Shown: positions 57,274 to 64,000 of the stretch, piece after piece | Layout: every line of letters starts with the position of its first letter | Position numbering within the stretch: position 1 is the stretch's first letter | Origin: Chrysomallon squamiferum | Taxonomy: Eukaryota > Animalia > Mollusca | Direction of reading: 5' to 3' | Length of the DNA: 64,000 nucleotides | Assembly (NCBI GenBank): GCA_012295275.1 | Contig: CM022672.1 | Coordinates: 18,166,001-18,230,000, forward strand | Position numbers and translations under genes: made by a program | The notes under the pieces: model-generated | The model's database searches: none | Told to the model about the DNA's origin: nothing | The model's input: the letters and a program-made list of their open reading frames with translations, nothing else

Positions 57274-58340
57274 GTTGACGTCCCAGCACCTCGAGTCAGT
57301 TCTCTCCACATACACGCCCTTCTCTCTGTTACGTACTCCTTCTTTCACTCTGTCTGTTTCTGTCACAGACTCCTTCCTTCAGTGTGTGTCTGTTTCTGAA
57401 ATACTCTCCTCCTTCTTTCAGTGCGTTTATGTCTGTTATAAATTCCCTCTTTGTTATAGATTCCCTCTCTCGGTCTGTCTGTCTCTGTTCTGTTACAGAC
57501 TCTTTCTTTCAGTCTCTCTGTCTCTGTTATAACTCTCCCTTTCTCCGTCTCTCAAACTTCGTTTCTCTGTCCAGACTACTCTCACTTGTTATTTTTTTCA
57601 GAATTCACTGTCTGTCTTTTTTAAAACTCCCTGACTGTCGCTCTGTGACTGTATCTTGTAAACTTGCTTCTCCCTTTCCGTGCGTGTATTTCTCTTTTAA
57701 ACCTCTTTCTAATCTGTCGCTGTATCTCTAATTCTGTAACTCCTTCTCTATCTGCAAATCTCTCAACCTCTCCCTGTCTCTCTCTCTGTCTCTCTCTCAA
57801 GTCAACTGTTCAAGTCCATTCCACGACAGCGTTCTTTCCGAAAGACTGGAACTCTTCTCAGTTTGTCTGTCTCTCCTTCTCTCTCGCTTTCTTTCTATCC
57901 ACGTAGAGACGTTTATACAATTCCCGATAAGTTGTTCACACTGTCCAAAATGTTATCGTTCTTTCAGAGAGAGAGAGAGAGAAAGAAAAAAAAAACAACT
58001 CAACAAAACTTATCGTAATGGTGATGGTGGTGGTATACGAACGAACGAAACAAGGGCAACCAAAAAAAATATATATAGAAGAACCTTCTGCTGCATTTGA
58101 CAAACTGTCGAATGGTGGTACTCGGTTCCTAGACTGTTTACTCTCCCGCCGACAGAAAGAGAGGGGGATGAAAACGAATACGTGAAAGAGGATAGGGTAC
58201 TAGCAAGAAGCGGGATTGTGTGTGTTTTCCGCTGGCAGTGCGCGCGGTCTTTGAGTGACACGTGTTCGCTCTCCGCGGTGCCATTCACAGAGCAGGGTGG
58301 GAGTGGCCGAGAGTCTGCAGCGGAAAGTGACGTTAGCTAG
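57274..58340 (-). promoter_or_regulatory. Prrx purine-rich 5' UTR and putative promoter
   Basis: AG-rich leader on the - strand (57300-57900), TATA-like GTATAAAC at 57911-57918 (-), and a GC/CpG-richer island at 58140-58340. The TSS was not determined. Confidence 0.5.
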
Positions 58341-58366
58341 TTCAAGAGTTCTTTTACTTTAAACAC

Positions 58367-58407
<41 letters not shown>

Positions 58408-58517
58408 TTCTTAATTTTGCAAAGCATTGTTAATAAAAGGTTATTTCCTAACTGTGTGTAATGAATATGTATATATGTATGTGTTTATGTATGTATGTAT
58501 GTATGTATGTATGTATG

Positions 58518-58548
<31 letters not shown>

Positions 58549-58585
58549 GTTTGTATGTATGTATGTATGTATGTATGTATGTATG

Positions 58586-58620
<35 letters not shown>

Positions 58621-58894
58621 TCTTAATTTTGCATTGCACTGTTAAATAACGTTATACCATAATATTTTAATTTACTAATTTATTGACAAAATAAATAATA
58701 AATAAATAAATAAATAAATAAATAACATATACACAGCAGTTAAATTATTTAGCAAAATATTAATACATTTTGTTCATGCCCAGTGATGTACAAAAACGTT
58801 GTTAGACCTGACATTTTTGCAAGCTTTTAATTCTTAACAAACTCCACCTTTACCTTACTTATTTTTAAATATACATTATATTGATAACAGCTTT

Positions 58895-58980
58895 TGAGAA
58901 AATTAACAGTAAAATTTAGTGTACAATTCTCTGAGAAAATTAACAGTAAAATTCAGTGTACAATTCTTTGAGAAAATTAG
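58895..58980. repeat. ~37-bp tandem repeat, about 2.3 copies
   Basis: Repeated 'gagaaaattaacagtaaaatt(t/c)agtgtacaattct'. Confidence 0.85.
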
Positions 58981-61029
58981 ACACGAGATAAAACAGTGCA
59001 ATGGGAGATATAGCAATATTAAAGAAAATTACAAATATAACTCGATGTAGCAGTATTAGTGAAAATAAATTATATACTCAAAATGGCAGTAGAAGAGAAA
59101 GATAAAATTATAAATGCTACAATAATTAGAGAAAATGAAAAACGCATCCAACAGAAAACATAACCAAATATTAGAAAATATTAAAAGCATAATAAAAATA
59201 ACAAAAAGAGCCGTATTAGAAAACAAATGTAATAATAATAATAATACACCACGTAGCGATCTTATAGAAAATTATAAATAATATTTGCAGTAGTAGTTTT
59301 AGAGAAATATGTGATAAAGGAGTTTCCTATAAAATGGTTATTAGTATAACATTAATTTTTATACATGAAGAAAAACAAAATATATATGTTAGTGTGGACA
59401 GCATGACATTAAAAGTATTTTTTCCTTTTATAATTTTCAGTTCATTTGTAACTCATTTAACTAAAATGTTTTGTTACCATAGAAACAGTAATTTAACTGA
59501 AAGCTGTATTAGTATGGAGATAGTTTTATACTTTCGAATTTGTATGGTAGTAACTTAATTAAAAATCGCAAAAGAGTCCACAAATTGGTGATTTTATCTA
59601 ACTATATATATTCATACTTACTTAAAAATTAAAAAAATGTACGTTAATATAGAAATCAATTAAGAGATTTCTTCAATAATTTTCGAATTAATTTGGTAGT
59701 GACACAGCTGAAAAGAATAATAGTTACATAGACTTTGTTTAAATTCATTTGAAATATTATTATAAATCTGAAACAGTTAGCTACTGTTTATATTTTAGAT
59801 TATCTCCATAGAAACTTAAACGAAAAATGGAAAATAAATTGGAAAATATATTGTATTTTAGAATACTGAATATGATAGTACACAAATAATATGTTCATTT
59901 TGAAATTTTAATTTGTAGTACCTTATTTGAAATTGTATATAACATCAATATAAATGATTTTTTGTTGTACTTTCTAATTCCTTTGCTGATAATATAACTG
60001 AAAAGGGAATGATAAGACAGAGCATTTTATTTTTAAATTCATTGCTACGCAACTTAAAACACACAAACAATAAAATGCTTTATGCATTAAATACTACAGA
60101 TTTTGTTTACAATTGATTTCAGAGTTGTTTTGTTGTTTTGTTGTTGTCTGTAGTTCTTTTTTTTTTTTTTTTTTTTGTTGATTTTCTTTTTCATTTCTTT
60201 TATAACATATAAAATGAAAAATAGATGATAGTATTGAAAAAAAGTCTGTTTACGTTAGAATTACGTTAGACATTAGAGAGAAAAAGATTAAAAAATAATA
60301 ATAATAAACGTTGGTTTATTTCTACATTTCAGATTACTTGCAAAGTAATTTAACGAAAATAATGGTATTTTGTCATCATTTTACTTTAATTTCATGGTCA
60401 TTTTAATTATTATTGAACTTAGGTTGACTTTAGAATGTATTTCTAACATATATGATAAATATCTATTTTATTTATTTATTTTGTATTTAAATTTATTGCA
60501 AAGTAAATTATCGAAAAACTGATGACATGTGTTAGAAAGAGTCTTTACTTATTATTTCTTTCATAATAACTTTAATATATAATAGTATTACAGCGGTCAG
60601 TTTCCCTTCTTACATAATTTAATTGAATGCTGATTAAACTGGAACTTGAGAGAAAAATTCGTGAAGAGAGGCTGACATTAGCATTCATTTCACAGCAACC
60701 TAAAAAAGAGAAATAATAACACAGTGATAGTTTATTTATTTTATATTTTAAATTCATTATTAAGAAGAAAAAGAAAAAAAGGTGAATGATGATTTAGAGA
60801 ATATGAGTTAACTTTAGAATTTATTTCATAGTAACTTACACAAAAACTGGATGTATAGAGATATAACGGGTTACTTTACTTATTTTAGAATTAATTTGGC
60901 AATGATGTAATTGAAAATAGTATAAGTTGATAAAAATAGTTGATTTCTGTGTACAATTCAAATTGGAAAAAGCATGAAACAGTTGAAATATTTTTATATG
61001 TCAATTCATGGTAACATAACTGATAGAAT

Positions 61030-61380
61030 TGAAACAGTGGATAATATTAGAATTTATTTCATAGTAACATAACTGAAAACACTGACATCATTTAAACAGT
61101 GGATAACATTAGAATTTATTTCATATTAACATAACTGAAAACACTCTGACATCATTTAAACAGTGGATAACATTAGAATTTATTTCATAGTAACATAACT
61201 GAAAACACTCTGACATCATTTAAACAGTGGATAACATTAGAATTTATTTCATAGTAACATAACTGAAAACACTCTGACATCATTTAAACAGTGGATAATA
61301 TTAGAATTTATTTCATAGTAACATAACTGAAAAAACTCTGACAATACTGAAACAGCGGATAACATTAGAATTTATTTCAG
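61030..61380. repeat. 64-bp minisatellite (~5.5 near-perfect copies) within an older degenerate array spanning ~59400-61700
   Basis: Unit aaacagtggataacattagaatttatttcatagtaacataactgaaaacactctgacatcattt. Diverged 'ttagaatt.atttcatagtaac' cores occur upstream, e.g. at ~60815. Confidence 0.92.
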
Positions 61381-62175
61381 TACCGAAAGAATTCGCTGCA
61401 TAGTTTTAACTTGAAAGATAAAAGTTAATAGATGGGTTGTGGTGTTTTTTTTTTTTTTTCTACAGCCCTGAATTCATTTGTTGTAAGTGCCATATGTTAG
61501 TAAACATAACTGAGAACAAACAGTATGATAGTTTTGAAATGATAAAAAAAATAAAAAATAAAAAATAAAAAAATAATTGTATAATGACTTAAGTAAAAAC
61601 TGTACGATAGACAAGAGATAGCAGGGGCTTTCTTTTCTTTTCTACACCTTTGAATTCGTTTTGCTGCAAATGCCATATGTTAGTAACATAACTGTCTCCG
61701 ATAAAGCAATGTCACTGAAACTCAAACACGAAAACAATGTAGTTTTTCTTTCGTTCTTTTTGCATGCGTATTAAATATCACGTTTGCTATTGCTTGTCAG
61801 ATAACGAATAAAACTGACACGTTTATGAAACATACAAAAGATAAAAGATACGAAAAAAAAGAATTTTTTTTTCTAGTGTAAGGCTGAGACTGAAAGTAAA
61901 AAAAAAAAAAAAAAAAAAAAAGTTTGTAAATGAAATAGATTACATGTTATTTTTAACGTGGGATAAACAGGCACGAAATGTTAAAGATTTAAAAAAACAG
62001 ATAAAAAAAAACATCCTTGTATCTGATATAGTAATGAAATATAAACATACACGCACTCAAATATATACAAACATAGGTTGCATATATACGAACATGCAAC
62101 TATGCACATAGTCATTATTATACAATTTTACATATAGACACATATATACATACATAAATTACATACATACATACA

Positions 62176-62214
<39 letters not shown>

Positions 62215-62834
62215 TGTTCCTGTTGTTGTCTTCACTCTCGACTGTATAGAAAAAGAAAAAAAAAAGACAATTCTGAAATTATTTTACTTTTAGTATTCTT
62301 AGCCAAATTAACCAAACTCTGCCAGTATATGACAGTTTTCATTCAGTTTTATATCAGAAAACAGAAAATAGAGCACTGTGGAATATTTATACTTTTTCCA
62401 TATCTATTAGAGAAAAATAATACCTCGTTACAAAAGATTAAGTAAGATGTCCAACATATATTTTTTCCTTTGAGACGAATATAACCTCCTTTTTTTTTTT
62501 GCATGTGTTCGGAAGATCTAATGATAGATATAATTATTATTTTTATTATTATTATTATTATTGTTATTGTCAGAAGGAGAGGGTGTACACAACTGTGTTT
62601 AGAAAGAAGATATATATATAAATATTTAATTATTCGAGTATTCAAGAATAAATATTTAAATATTTAGTGAACAGAAATGGAGAAAAATACATACAAATAT
62701 TCGTTGGCGTTTGTTTTTTATTATAAAGCTAAGCAAAGAATATATTTTAGAATATTCGTTTAATTTTCAAGAATTTAAATTATTTATCTATTTATCTATA
62801 TATCTATCTCTCTCTCTCTATCTATCTATCTATA

Positions 62835-62871
<37 letters not shown>

Positions 62872-62959
62872 CTCTATCGTTTGTTTTGCTGTATTTGTAT
62901 GTAAGCAAATTTGTTTGTTTTAGAATAAAATGTTTTGTGTGTGTGTGTATAAATATCTA

Positions 62960-63032
<73 letters not shown>

Positions 63033-63125
63033 GTCTGTCTGTTTGTCTGTCTACCTACCTACCTATCTATCCATCTATCTCTCTATATACCTATCTGTCT
63101 GTCTGTGTGTCTGTCTTTCTGTCTG

Positions 63126-63172
<47 letters not shown>

Positions 63173-64000
63173 GTCTGTCTGTCTGTTAGTTTATCTTTCT
63201 ATCACTATATCTCTGTCTGATTGTGTTTGCTTTCTGTCTATAGATCTTTACATTTTCACATTGATCTTTCCGTCTACTTTCTTTCTATAAGCAAGGCTAC
63301 CTGCAAGTTTAACAGTCTGTCCATCTACATAGCCACCCGCACATTCATTCATCCACACGCACGCACGCACACACGCACACACACACACAAACAGAAAGAC
63401 ACACAAAGACACACAAAGGCATATATCTACATACGTACAGCAATTTTTTTCAATCTATCCATTACCCTTTTTTCCTTTCTTTCTTTCTTTCTTTCTTGAT
63501 CTTTTCATATCATGGCAGGGTGTCGTGTGAATGGAAAAAACATATTGGGGTCTTTTGCTATGGCTCTTTACCAAGAATGTCACGGATTTTGGAAAGTCAC
63601 CACTCGTTAGAAAGACAGGAGATATATACACAACCATTGTTACACTGGAAGCGAAACGTATGGAGACGATTCCAAAAATACGAAGGGAATTATTTCGCAT
63701 TCATCGAATAGTAATAGGTAATGTTTCATTCTGAATGAAATGACTGGTAAATGATGCGTGCTGCACGATTTCGTACATCTGGGAATTATTATAATGTGAA
63801 ACATTAACAGTGTGTGTGTGTGTGTGTGTGTGTGAAAAACGTAACACACGTAAGAAAGCATTGATAAAAGTGGGACAGCTTTGTTATAAAGTGAAATAAA
63901 ATTTTAAATAAATTAAAGATGTAGTGATAATAATGATGATAATAATAATATTGATGATAATGATCTTTATGATGATAATAATAATAATAATAATGATGAT

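Noticed and set aside
57274-57366. N-terminal extension of Prrx in the ORF track (MTETDRVK...)
   Set aside because: It starts at a non-ATG codon in the AG-rich leader. Homology to PRRX begins at MSSYG (57273).

Overview
Eukaryotic (animal) genomic DNA, very AT-rich and full of microsatellites. It is most consistent with a lophotrochozoan, probably a gastropod mollusc; this is inferred from gene content and SINE-like fragments and is not proven. Nearly all ORFs in the supplied track are microsatellite artefacts. Three spliced genes can be rebuilt by hand with GT-AG introns and consistent phases. (1) + strand 2707-4911: a 4-exon, ~223-aa secreted basic protein. Its helix pattern and intron phases (1,0,0) resemble long-chain four-helix cytokines (IL-6/G-CSF/CNTF/Unpaired class). 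Its only in-frame start candidate is GTG, and its downstream flank is duplicated at the start of the window, which implies a tandem paralog just upstream. (2) + strand 13058-14660: a 171-aa secreted protein with two chitin-binding type-2 (CBM14/peritrophin-A)-like modules and a furin site. (3) - strand 57273-19216: a clear Prrx paired-class homeobox gene (265 aa; eh1 motif, homeodomain, OAR) with a 35-kb first intron. That intron holds many GC-richer, motif-dense islands and a ~440-bp inverted repeat pair. Also present are two decayed MULE transposase fragments, SINE relics and several minisatellites. The most exciting candidate is the putative invertebrate helical cytokine array.
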